From: Octopus sinensis
Taxonomy: Eukaryota
Assembly (NCBI RefSeq): GCF_006345805.1
Contig: NC_042999.1
Location: 148,490,001 to 148,554,000 of the forward strand
Length of the DNA: 64,000 nucleotides
Reading direction: 5' to 3'
The notes under the pieces are model-generated. The model searched no databases and was not told where the DNA came from. It saw only the letters and a program-made list of their open reading frames with translations. Made by a program: the position numbers and the translations under genes. This document shows, one piece after another, positions 14,933 through 26,037 of the stretch. Every line of letters begins with the position of its first letter. The first letter of the stretch is position 1.

Positions 14933-17699
14933 ATATGTAAATTATATTTAACTTTTCATGTTAATATCAATGAACTGGTTGATATAAATTTAGTCATTTG
15001 TATATTGTTGGAATACTTGGTGCTATTGAATTAGACATGGCCTGGGCCAATTTTGGTTGTAACTTATCTAAGTAATCTAAATGACTCTCCTGCTATTAAC
15101 CAGTCAAGCATGACGAGGTAAATGGAAGAATTTGACACCTACAAAGATTCACGCAAGTTTGTGTAATGAGAATGTACAACTTCCTTAATGCAATCCTTAA
15201 TAAGTAAATCTATTTATCCTCATCATTTAATGTCCACTTTCCATGCTGACAAGTGGTGGGTGGCTTGACAGGAGGTTGCAAGCGGGAGAGCTGCACCAAG
15301 CACCAATTAGCATGATTTCTGCAGTTGGATACCCTTCCTAATGCTAACCACTTTAAGGTATGTACTCAATGCTTTTTACATAGCACCAGCAGTTTATATG
15401 TAGTATCAGCATGGATGCTTTTTACACAGTACCAACACAGTGCTCATTCCTATGTTTAAAAAAGCAACAACCCAATTCATGCATTAACTAAAAAGTACAG
15501 AGGAACAGTTAGAGACTGATGAATTCATTTTTTGGCACCATAACCATGAAACCATTTTTTTTTACAACATACTATACACTAACATGTACAAGAGCCTGGT
15601 ATTGAGACAATTGGTGTTAATTTTAATTTACAGCTTAGCAGTCAGAGATCAATAAAAGCAAAAATCAATGAAAATAATAAAATGATATGATTTCTCTCTC
15701 TTGTTATTTTAAATGAAATGTTATTGATTGAATTACTGTTTTGATCTTAACCAGCCTTTGATGCCTAACTCTAAAACACCTTTACATAAATTCACAACAA
15801 ATGACTAAAGTGTTCGCATAAGCTTAATGCTATTTGATAAACTGTTTTCATTCAAGTTCTTGTTCAAAACAAGTGGCAGTTTATCACAAACACAATTCCT
15901 TTTGTTTTACAAACTGACTTTCTCTTAATCACACAAATATAGCAATGTTGTGAAAGTACATAGGTTAGTGGTTAGGGTATTTGGCTAATGGTTGTAAGGG
16001 TGCGAGTTTGATTCCTGGTGATACATTGTGTCCTTGAGCAAGACACTTTATTTCACATTGCTACAGTCCACTCAGCTGGCAAAAGTATTTAGTAACTATA
16101 TTTCAAAGGGCCAGTTTTATCACGTTCTGTGTCATGCTGCATCTTCCTGAGAACTATGTTAAGAGTACACATGTCTGTGGAATACTCAGCCACTTGCAAA
16201 TTAATTCCATGAGTAGGCTGTTCTGTTGACCAGAACAACTGGAACCCTCATTGTCGTAACCAATGGAGTGCCAGTTAGTAATGGTGTATCTAACCATTTT
16301 GCAACAAACTTGCCTCCCCCCCACCTTCCCTGGTTCTATCATAGAAGCTTCTTGTTTTAAAGTAATTGAAATTTAAACTTTCCATCAAAACTGCATTTTA
16401 ATTTGCTTCCCAAATACCAACATAACAAAATTATTTGATTAAATTCTTCCTTATTTTTAAAATGAAATGAAATAGAAGCAGAGGATTTCAGTAGAAATAT
16501 GGTAACAAATGAGATACCAGTCACAATCATCATCATCTTCATTTAACGTCCGTTTTCCATGCTGGCATGGGTTGGATGGTTTGACTGGGGACTGGCAAGC
16601 CAGGAGGCTGCACCAGGCTCTAATATGATCTGGCAAAGTTTCTACAGCTGGATACCCTTCCTAACGCCAAACACTCTGAGAGTGTAGTGGGTGCTCTTTA
16701 TGTGCCACTGGCAAGGCGGCCAGTCAGGCGGCACAGGTAACGACCACGCTCGAATGGTGTATTTTACATGCCACCTGCACAGGAGCCAGTCAGGCGGCAT
16801 ATTTTCCTGACTGCTGCTGTTCTTGCTTTTGTTATTTAGTTCCAGGTCAGCTCTGTGATGAAACCTGTAATGAAACACTGTCTATCCCATCTTTCTGTAT
16901 ATGAAGGACCACATATTCAATGTGTCCTTCCTTTTTTTAAGATGTTAGAATGTGATTCGAGAGAATTAGGGTTATCATCATTATCATCATTTAACGTCCG
17001 CTTTCCATGCTAGCATGGGTTGGACGATTTGACTGAGGTCAAGCAAACCAGATGGCTGCACCAGACTCCAATCTGATCTGGCAGAGTTTCTACAGCTGGA
17101 TGCCCTTCCTAATGCCAACCACTCCGAGAGTGTAGTGGGTGCTTTTACGTGCCACCGGCATGAGGGCCAGTCAGGCGGTACTGGTAACGACTTTATTTTT
17201 AGAAAATCAAGCAATGACGTGGAGGCTCCCACACTGGCTCACCTATGTTGTTTGTGTCATAGGTAACTTTATGGTACAAGAAGGTGTTCTTATATTATTA
17301 TTCACCACATCTTAATTGCTTGTTAATGGCTGTTGCATGTCTTGAGAACTTTTCGCTTTCCAAGTTCTGAGTTGCTCCTTTACTCTTGCAGTCATCTTCA
17401 TGTATTTCATAGATTTCAGCCACACTACCCTTCAACATTTATGCAAGGTCGTGTTATCATCACAATATTGCTGTCATCAACAAGGGTAACTGGAAAGAAG
17501 CCCTCAAGAGAGCTGAACAGCAGAAGGTCTTCAGAGAAGAAACCCACCTCAGGAAAATGTTTTGACCCTTAACTTCTTACACTTTAAGAGGACTGGGCCA
17601 CATCTAAGTCATGACTCCTGAGTGCCCTTCTGCTGACACGTTTTAGCCACTTGGGTATCAGAGACCTGTGCATTTAAACTGCCTGGAGATTTCACTCAG

Positions 17700-18010
17700 T
17701 TGTGACTACTCTTCATACTATGGCAATCCCTCAAGGTCGAGGATGATGGTCTTCGCGCAAATTTATTGGTGAGTCCGCAGGTGACTGATAAGACCAATTC
17801 TTGCTCGAAAAGATCAGTCACAGTGCGGACATCTAGTGCCGGAAGGGAGAGTCGCACGTGGTTGTTGTTGGTGCTCCTTCCATCGTCGTCTTTTCTCCTC
17901 CAGCTCTGCAGACCTTTTCGACTCGAAATTCGCCGTTCCCTCATGGATGGTGGTTTTCCAGAGTGGTCTGTTTTTTTTGCCGTTTCCTCCCATAGAATCA
18001 GCTTTCAAAC
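17700..18010 (-). mobile_element. 3' end of an RTE-type LINE with a C2H2 zinc-finger motif
   Basis: Translates as ...LWKTTIHEGTANFESKRSAELEEKRRRWKE...GTRCPHCD*SFRARIGLISHLRTHQ*, with one internal TGA. Confidence 0.8.
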
Positions 18011-18133
18011 TTATACTCAACGAAGAAATAACATTGGTTGTCATGGTAGCAGTGAAACATCAACACTATCACAATGAAGGGAAAAGGTAAACAGAGGCCA
18101 AACAAACAAACAAAAATATGTTAAATAACTTAC

Positions 18134-18236
18134 GTCATCACGGATGCTTCTTTAAGAAAAGTCTGCGCTGCTCTGTTTCTGTCTTTTAGTTGTTTCACAG
18201 CAACAAGCTGTTGGTTGTAGCAGCCTTTATATACAT
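18134..18236 (-). CDS. Csk: Csk exon: kinase N-lobe (DVYKGCYNQQLVAVKQLKDRNRAAQTFLKEASVM+AC), 103 nt, phase 1 to 2
   Basis: tactaacag acceptor and GTAAGT donor. Contains the VAVK lysine and the alphaC glutamate. Confidence 0.96.
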
Positions 18237-19968
18237 CTGTTAGTAAAATTGACAAAAGTGAAATATGAATAAATTACTGCTTCATTATTTACATTTGACA
18301 GATATTTGTCCTCATCAAGAAAAGGACAAATATCCATCAAATGTAAATAATGTACATAATTCCTCATCTCTCAAATATAGAACTGAAACTGTTGCTTGAT
18401 AAGAAGAACCTCTATGATAATGACCCAAAAGTGTTGTAACATTTTAATTAAAGTTTCTATATCCTAATGGTTCTTTTAGCTTTACAATTCTGCTAATTCA
18501 CATCCAAAAAGATACATTACAAATTGGATTTAAAGCATCCTCATCATTCTCATCACCATTTAACGTCTGTTTCCCATGCTGGCATGGGTTGGATAGTTTG
18601 ACAGGAGCTGGTAAGGCGAGGGGCAGCACCAAGCCCCACTGTCTGTTCTGGCATGATTTTGATGCTTAGATGCCCTTCCTAACACCAATTATTTTCGAGT
18701 GTACTGAATGCTTTTCATGAGGCATCAGCACCAGTGCTTTTTACATGGCACCAGATGTTAACTATACCTTTCCTTAAGAAAAATATTCACTACTATTTTT
18801 ATTTAACAGAAATCTACAAAACACAGATATACAGCTTTAGGGTTTTTTTTTTGTATTTCAAACACAGACATCATCATCATCATCATCATCAGTGGTGTCC
18901 TTTTATGCCTGTTTTCCATGCTGGCATATATTGAACAGATTGTTATAGCTGGAACCAGCACATATTATTTTTAAGCTCTTTCTTGAGACTCTTAACGCTG
19001 ATATCCTAGGTTTCTGTGATGGATATGTTCTCCACAAGATGTAATGTAAAATAAAGTGTTTTGCTCAAGAACACAATGCATTGCCTAGCCCAGGAATCGA
19101 AACCACAATCTTATGACCATGAGTCCAATGCCCTAATCACTAAGCCTTGCATTTCCACTCTTTGGGGGTTACCTAGCCAGAGGTTCACATCTCATTTGTT
19201 ATTCATTTTTCATCTGGTTCCTATGGCTGGATGCCCTCCCCAACACCAATCAGTTTACAGAACACATATATTTTTTTTTATGATAACAGCATCAGAAGGG
19301 TATCATGTTCTCATTAATATTAAAGGATCTTCAAAACCTTATAATTTACAGAATATAAGATTGAGAGACCACATTATAAAATGTCTCACTTTTAAAATTA
19401 AAGCACAACGTGAAAAAAACAGAAAAAGATATCTATTCTGTATAAAGCATTTAAAATAGAGAAAATTTCATTTCCCAACTGTATTGTAACAAAAAAATAG
19501 ACACAGGTTAGGAAGTTCAGTTTGCAACCACATGGCTGTAGGTTCAATCCCACTGTGCGGCACCTTGGGCAAGTGTCTTCTATTATAGCCTGGGACTGAC
19601 AAATGCTTTGTGAGTGAATTTGGTAAATGGAAACTGTGTAGAAGTCTGTTGTATATATATCCATGTGTTTGTACCTTTGCCTGTGTTTGCCCCCTCACCA
19701 CTCAACAACATATGTTGGTTTGTTTACACACCCATAACTTAGTGGTTTGGTCAAAGAGGCCAATAAAATAAGTACCAGACTTGAAACAGGTCCTGGAGGA
19801 TAATCTGTTCAACTAAAATCATTTAAGGCATTGCTCCAGTCCAGTGACTGAAACAAGTAAAATATAGAATGTTTTTTTTTTTTAAGCTGTCCACTTAAAA
19901 AGAAAAAAAGTTATAGTTAGCAGCTAACAGAGCATGGAAATAATACTAACTTTAAAACTAATACTTAC

Positions 19969-20137
19969 CACCAAATTCTCCTTTACCAATAGGTTCTTTA
20001 ATATCAAGGAATTCAGCATTAATTACCCAGCCGCCTCTTTCAAAATCCTTAAAATTAACTGTTGTAAAATTATTACCGGTTTTCCAAAGTGGTTTAGAAA
20101 GTCTTGTACACAAGCCATCAGCATCTTTCTCATAGTG
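19969..20137 (-). CDS. Csk: Csk exon: SH2 end, linker and P-loop (HYEKDADGLCTRLSKP...IGKGEFG+G), 169 nt, phase 0 to 1
   Basis: tgttgcag acceptor and GTAAGT donor. Contains the GxGxxG motif. Confidence 0.96.
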
Positions 20138-20819
20138 CTGCAACATCAGAAATAGCAAGCATAAATAACACTTCTGCTACACTGTAACAAACTTTACATG
20201 GAATATATGTTCTATAAAGAGTTTACATCATTTAGCTATTATTTATATGTATTAAATTATTAAAGAATTTAAAAACGACATCTGCGGAATCATGCAAAAT
20301 TCCCATATGAAGAATTTAAAACAGATATTAACATAATCTAAGGAAGTATATTTTTCAGATAATTTACAATGGAAAATAAAAATTAAAAAAAATTCTAGGC
20401 ATGGAATAAAATTGCTATTTTGAAACTATAGGAAAAACAGTTTGTTTTTTTAATAATTTATAAGTTATATTCGCAAACATTTTTTTAACTAAATCAAAAT
20501 TTATCAGAAGATAATTATTAGAGTTACAGTATTGTACAGAGTTACAGAGCTGTATTGACTAAAAAAAATATTGAACATCTTGATATAGCAAGTATCAAGG
20601 CCCATGATTATTATATTACATTATAATCTATCTGTTATGTATTTCATGAAGATAATCTTTTACTTGTTTCAGTCATTGGACTGCAGCCAAACTGGGGCAC
20701 TGCTTTGAAGGGTTTTAGGCAAATGAATCGCCCTGGTATTTATTCTGTCAGCCTCTTTAGCTGAACTGCTAAGTTATGGGAATGTAAAGTAACCAACACC
20801 AGTTGTCAAGTAGTAGTGG

Positions 20820-20852
<33 letters not shown>

Positions 20853-20873
20853 CAAACATACATACACACACAA

Positions 20874-21253
20874 GTAACAAAAATGTACACCTGTCAATTC
20901 ATTACAGCCATTTCAAGCGACTCCTTTAATTTAATTGGTTAAAGGAAACATTACATCATTCAAAAGAAACTGTTCTTGTCAGATGACTGCATAGACTTCA
21001 AACATAAAGGATATAACCATTTCCTTAAAATATTCACATCGGTGGCAGATATGACAAAAGAAACAATGTCAATATTTTGAGTTGTGTTAATGATGTGAAA
21101 ATGTTAAGGAAATGGTTATATCCTTTATGTTTGAAATCTATGCGATCATCTGACAAGAATGGTTTCTTTCAAATGATGTAATGTTTTCATTAATTAATTA
21201 AAGTAATCACTTGAAACGGCTGTAATGAATTGACACCTATACATCTTTGTTAC
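20874..21253. mobile_element. MITE-like foldback element, arms ~165 bp, spacer ~50 bp
   Basis: 20874-21040 is an imperfect inverted repeat of 21092-21253. Confidence 0.8.
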
Positions 21254-24200
21254 TCATTTATGTTTTATTCACCTAACTTGGAATCTGCACTTTAGAAATA
21301 CTATAGAAAGTACCTTTATAAAAAGTACAGGTCTGAATTAAGAGTGGATATCTTCACTTAGCTGGGGTGCATTGTCTGCACATATGGCAGGAATATCAGG
21401 TAGAAACACCCCTGCATGGAGTTTTGATATTCAGTATTCAATTAATATTGTTTTGGTGTGTGGGTTATACCGACCTAGCAAGATGCTTCAATATAAGTAC
21501 CTAATTCAACAGAATCTTAATTACACACACACACATGAAAGGCTTCATTCAGTTACAGTCTACCAAATCCACTCGCAAGGCTTTGGTTGGCCCATGGCTA
21601 TAGTACAAAACATTGCCTAAGGTGCTATGCAGTGGGACTGAACTTGAAACCATGTAGCTGGAAGACAAACTCAATACCACACAGCTATATATACTTGGGT
21701 CTATTGATATTAAACCCTATTTTAATCGATTTCAAATGTATAGATAAAAGGTTTTGAAACCATGTAGTTGGAAGGCAAACTCAATACCACACAGCCATAC
21801 TTGGGTCTATTGATATTAAACCCTCTTTTAATCAATTCAATTGTATAGACAGAAGGTTTTAAGATAAAGTTTACAACGTAAAAGGTTCAAACTGAGGAGA
21901 AACTAATAACAAATGAAGTGATATAGTTTTCTTACTCTTGAGTATTCTCAGTGAGAAACTAATTGCTAAACAGAACTATTAAGCATATTCGTGTATTAAG
22001 TTCAGACTGATATTACACAGCTGTCCAAATGTAGAAGTGTAAGAAACTTTTTTAGAAACATTTCAAATTACATTATATAGGGGTCATTAAATTATAAGTT
22101 TAGATTTTGATGTACTAAACCAGTAGTTCCCGACATGTGGTCTGCAGAATCCTGGTGGTCCACAAAGGTAGTACTGAAGGTCTATGAGCATGTTAAGCTG
22201 ACAGACCTTTTGATATCTTGGGGGGGTCTGTGGGAAAACTCATTTAAATAAAAGGGGTTCTTGATAGTGAAAAGGTTGGGAACCACTGTACTAAGCAGTG
22301 TACTTCAGATACTGTAATTGTATTCGAGAGTATTTCTGCTGTACTAATAATGGTTTCAAGTTTTGGCACAAAGCCAGCAATTTCGGGAAGATGGAGGGGC
22401 TAAGTCGATTACATTGATCCCCAAGGCTGAACTGGTACTTATTTTATCGATCCCAAAAGGATGAACAGTAAAGTCAACCTCAACAGAATTCAAACTCAGA
22501 GCATAAAGATGAACAAAATGCTTCTAAGCCTGGCATGGTGATGATTCTGTTGGCTCATCACCTGCTTCTGCTGTCATAGCAACACAAGATTTTAACCAAC
22601 ATTGCATGTACAATTGGATGAAATGTCAACTAATGACATTACAAACTCTATGAGGTCAGAAAAAATATGGGATTGATTCTTTGTTTTTCTTCATTTTTCT
22701 TTTTTGTCCAGATGGAAACATGGCTACATGGTTAAGAAGCTCACTTTACAACTACATGGTTTTGGGTTCAGTCTCATTGTGTAGCACCTGGGGCAAATAT
22801 TTTCTACTATAGTCCTTGGTTGACCAATGCCTTATGAGTGAGCCTGGTAGATGAAAACAGCGTGGAAGCCTGTTGTGTGTGCATATTCCACCACAGCTTG
22901 AAAACAACTGTTGGTTGGTTTATGTTCTCATAACTTAGCAGTTTGGCAAAAGAGACCAAGAGAGTAAATACTAAACCTAAAAACAATAAATACTAGAGTT
23001 GATTTGTTCAACTAAACCCTTCAAGGTGGTGCTCCAGCATGGTTGCAGTCCAATGACTGAAACAAAGATAAAAGACGAAGAAATGGTATAGATATAGGCT
23101 TATATATTTGTCCATTATATTCAATCACACAGTGTCAGTTACAAAGTTGTCCTGCTACAACAGATATGTTCTGGAGTACATTTACAATAAATTTTAGTTC
23201 TTCTCTAATGATTGTAAAAGATAAGTGAAAGAATTTTTGAAATTTTAAAAGAAATTTATACTTGAAATTTTCAATTTGCCACACATCCATCACCATTATG
23301 TGTACAAACCATGATGTGATTCGGAAGTTCTAGAAATATATTTTGCAACTAATTTTCGTGTACAGCAGGAATTGCATTAGTTATTAAGTAACCGCTTTCA
23401 CTAATTGACTTTAAACAGGATTCACTACAATAATTGAATTACAATTTTGATCAATTATTGGAGTTACCTCCCTTGCTTGTTTACAGATTTTTATAAATGC
23501 CTAGAGGGAGCTGTTGACTAGTTGCTCAGATAATCTTAGAAGCTCAAATATTTTCAACACATATATCACAATATGTCAGGCTTATTTAGTATGCCAAATG
23601 CTTCCCCGAGGTTTCTTTTTTAAATCTATAATGTGGTTTACATATACATTTATATATGTATATATCTACATGTACATACTCACAGAGGCACACACACATC
23701 ATCATTTCACATCTAACTTGCCATGCTGGTATGAGTTGGATACTTTTGTCATAAGCTAATAAGTTAGTTTTTATCCAAAGTCAACACCTCTTCTTAAATG
23801 GTTCAAAAAACCAGATCTTGTTCATATGCTCCATTTTTGGTATGATTTCTATATTTGGATGCCCTTTTTAATATCATATGATGAGAGAGTGCAGAATGAT
23901 AGGAATTGTGATTGGAAGGCATTGAATGTGAATATGGGTGGCATGGTACAGTGATAGAGAGAAAGAGAGAATATCAAATGGGTGGGAGAGCAAGAAGCAG
24001 ATGATGTCTAAACAGGAACATAATGGGTGTCCTACGTCTTCCCAAGTTGCCTCCTTCCACAGGTTCCACTCACTTTAGGCATCTGTTACTTCTTCATGCA
24101 GCTGTCAGTCTTTGTACATATCACCACAGCCATACAAGGGTAGCCTTCTCTTTTGCATATTACATATAATTCCCCTTATATCCAGTTTTTCTCTCTGCTC

Positions 24201-24879
24201 ATTTGTATAACAATGTTCATGCACACAGACATGACACATTCATCAAAGCGTGTTCAACTAATTTCTTTCCATCCTTTGCATATTCTCCACATTCAAAGTT
24301 GCTGTCTTGCTACCATGTAGTATCACACTTCATAAACAGGCATCATGAAATAACTCAACGTTTGGAGAGAAGTAACTATCTTATCAGACTTCTACTTTAT
24401 TTCTTGCTCTGGCAGATACACTTTTGGAAAATCACCCACCTCCACTGCTAATTAGGTCAACTAGGTAACAAAAGTCATCAACTACTTAGCATTTGAAGGA
24501 ATTTATCTTACATATATACTGACTTCTCCTTACTTATGTCCATCTGCCAAATATGTAATTTTATCTTCCCTTTCAAGCACTCATACACCCATAGTGTATG
24601 AGTGCTAGGATTCAATTAATTAGTCTGAGGAGATGAAGATATTTATTGCTCAAGAAGACCATATAATTAACAGTGAGGATGTGTGTTCTGAAAGTATACA
24701 GCTAGAGTTAAGGGTTGGGAAGTGTGAAAGGTGCTCATGCTCAATATACAGTAAAGTTGGAATTCCATATGAGGTACAGGGAGATCACAGGTAGGGTGAC
24801 AGGGAATGCAGGTTACATCTAGGGCCAGTAGCAGTAACAATACGTATCAGAGAAATCTCTTCAAATATTGGGAAAACTC

Positions 24880-25470
24880 TCTAAAATTGGTTGCTAGCCT
24901 TTGTTACCTAGGTGACTAATTAACAATGGATGTAGAAGTGTTAAAAAAATAGCAGGCAAAGTAAGAATGGAGTAGAAAATGGTAAGGGAGCTAGTTTTGA
25001 TGGCAAGGATTTCTCTCTTGAGATTGAAAAGCAGATTATATGATGCTTGTGTGCCGGGTGCATTACTGTATGGTAATGAAACAGGGGCCTTGAGTATGGA
25101 AGATTTACAAAGGCTGAAAAGAAATAAATGAAGCATATTTAAATGTATGATAGGGCACAAATGAGTTGAGAGAAAAAACTGGATATAAAAAGAACCAGAC
25201 GCTGTGTGCAAGAGGGACAATAAAGTTGCTACAGGTATAGAATGCATATAGAGAGGATGTTAGTTGTATAAAGAAGTGGTGAGTACTACAAGAAGATAGA
25301 ATGTGTGGAAGTAGGAGATGGGATAAATTGGTGAAGACTGCTTTCAAGAATCTAAACCTTATCAAAAAAATTGCAACTTATAAATAAGTATGACTTAGTG
25401 AAACACTGTTTTCAAGTGGACCCACTCAGCCTACCCCAGTATGGAAAACCAGATGTAAAATGTAGACATT
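24880..25470 (+). mobile_element. RTE LINE 3' fragment (RT C-terminus plus tail)
   Basis: Translation RLYDACVPGALLYGNETGALSMEDLQRLKRN resembles the RTE YGSETW region. The tail ccagtatggaaaaccagatgtaaaatg resembles the S3 tail. Confidence 0.7.
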
Positions 25471-25680
25471 TTACATACAAACATACATATACTGATCTTT
25501 GTTTTTCTTATCTACCACCCATTCCCTATCCTATCACATTAACTGTGTAACAAGAAATGGTATCACATTGGATTTGCCTTCACTCAATCATCCTTTTATC
25601 CTGAATCTTCTCTGTTGATAACCATAATCTTTTCTCATCAGATTCACTCCCTTAGCAGTACAATCTTTATTACTAACCAT

Positions 25681-26037
25681 TAAGCAAACCATCCGATCGT
25701 CGTGTCCGCTGCCAGCCTCGCCTGGCCCCCGTGCCGGTGGCACGTAAAAACACCATCCGCTCGCGTCCGTTGCCAGCCTCGCCTGGCCCCCGTGCCGGTG
25801 GCACGTAAAAGCACCATCCGTTCGTGGCCGTTTGCCAGCTCCGTCTGGCACCTGTGTGGGTGGCACGTAAAAAGCACCCACTACACTCACGGAGTGGTTG
25901 GCATTAGGAAGGGCATCCAGCCGTAGAAACACTGCTAGATCTGACTGGGCCTGATGCGGCCTTCCGGCTTCACAGACCCCAATTGAACTGTCCAACCCAT
26001 GCTAGCATGGAAAACGGACGCTAAATGATGATGATGA
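25681..26037 (+). mobile_element. SINE-like family S3 with internal ~60-bp tandem units and RTE-type (GAT)n tail
   Basis: Three GC-rich units containing GTGGCACGTAAAAA, then GGCATTAGGAAGGGCATCCAGC and AACCCATGCTAGCATGGAAAACGGACG..AAATGATGATG. More than 15 copies in the window, e.g. ~6075-6400, 16538-16800, 16983-17190, 29740-29950, 35360-35630, 36695-36920, 37170-37500. Confidence 0.85.

Noticed and set aside
25681-25880. CRISPR-like appearance of palindromic tandem units
   Set aside because: Eukaryotic context, no unique spacers, and the units are internal to a dispersed SINE.
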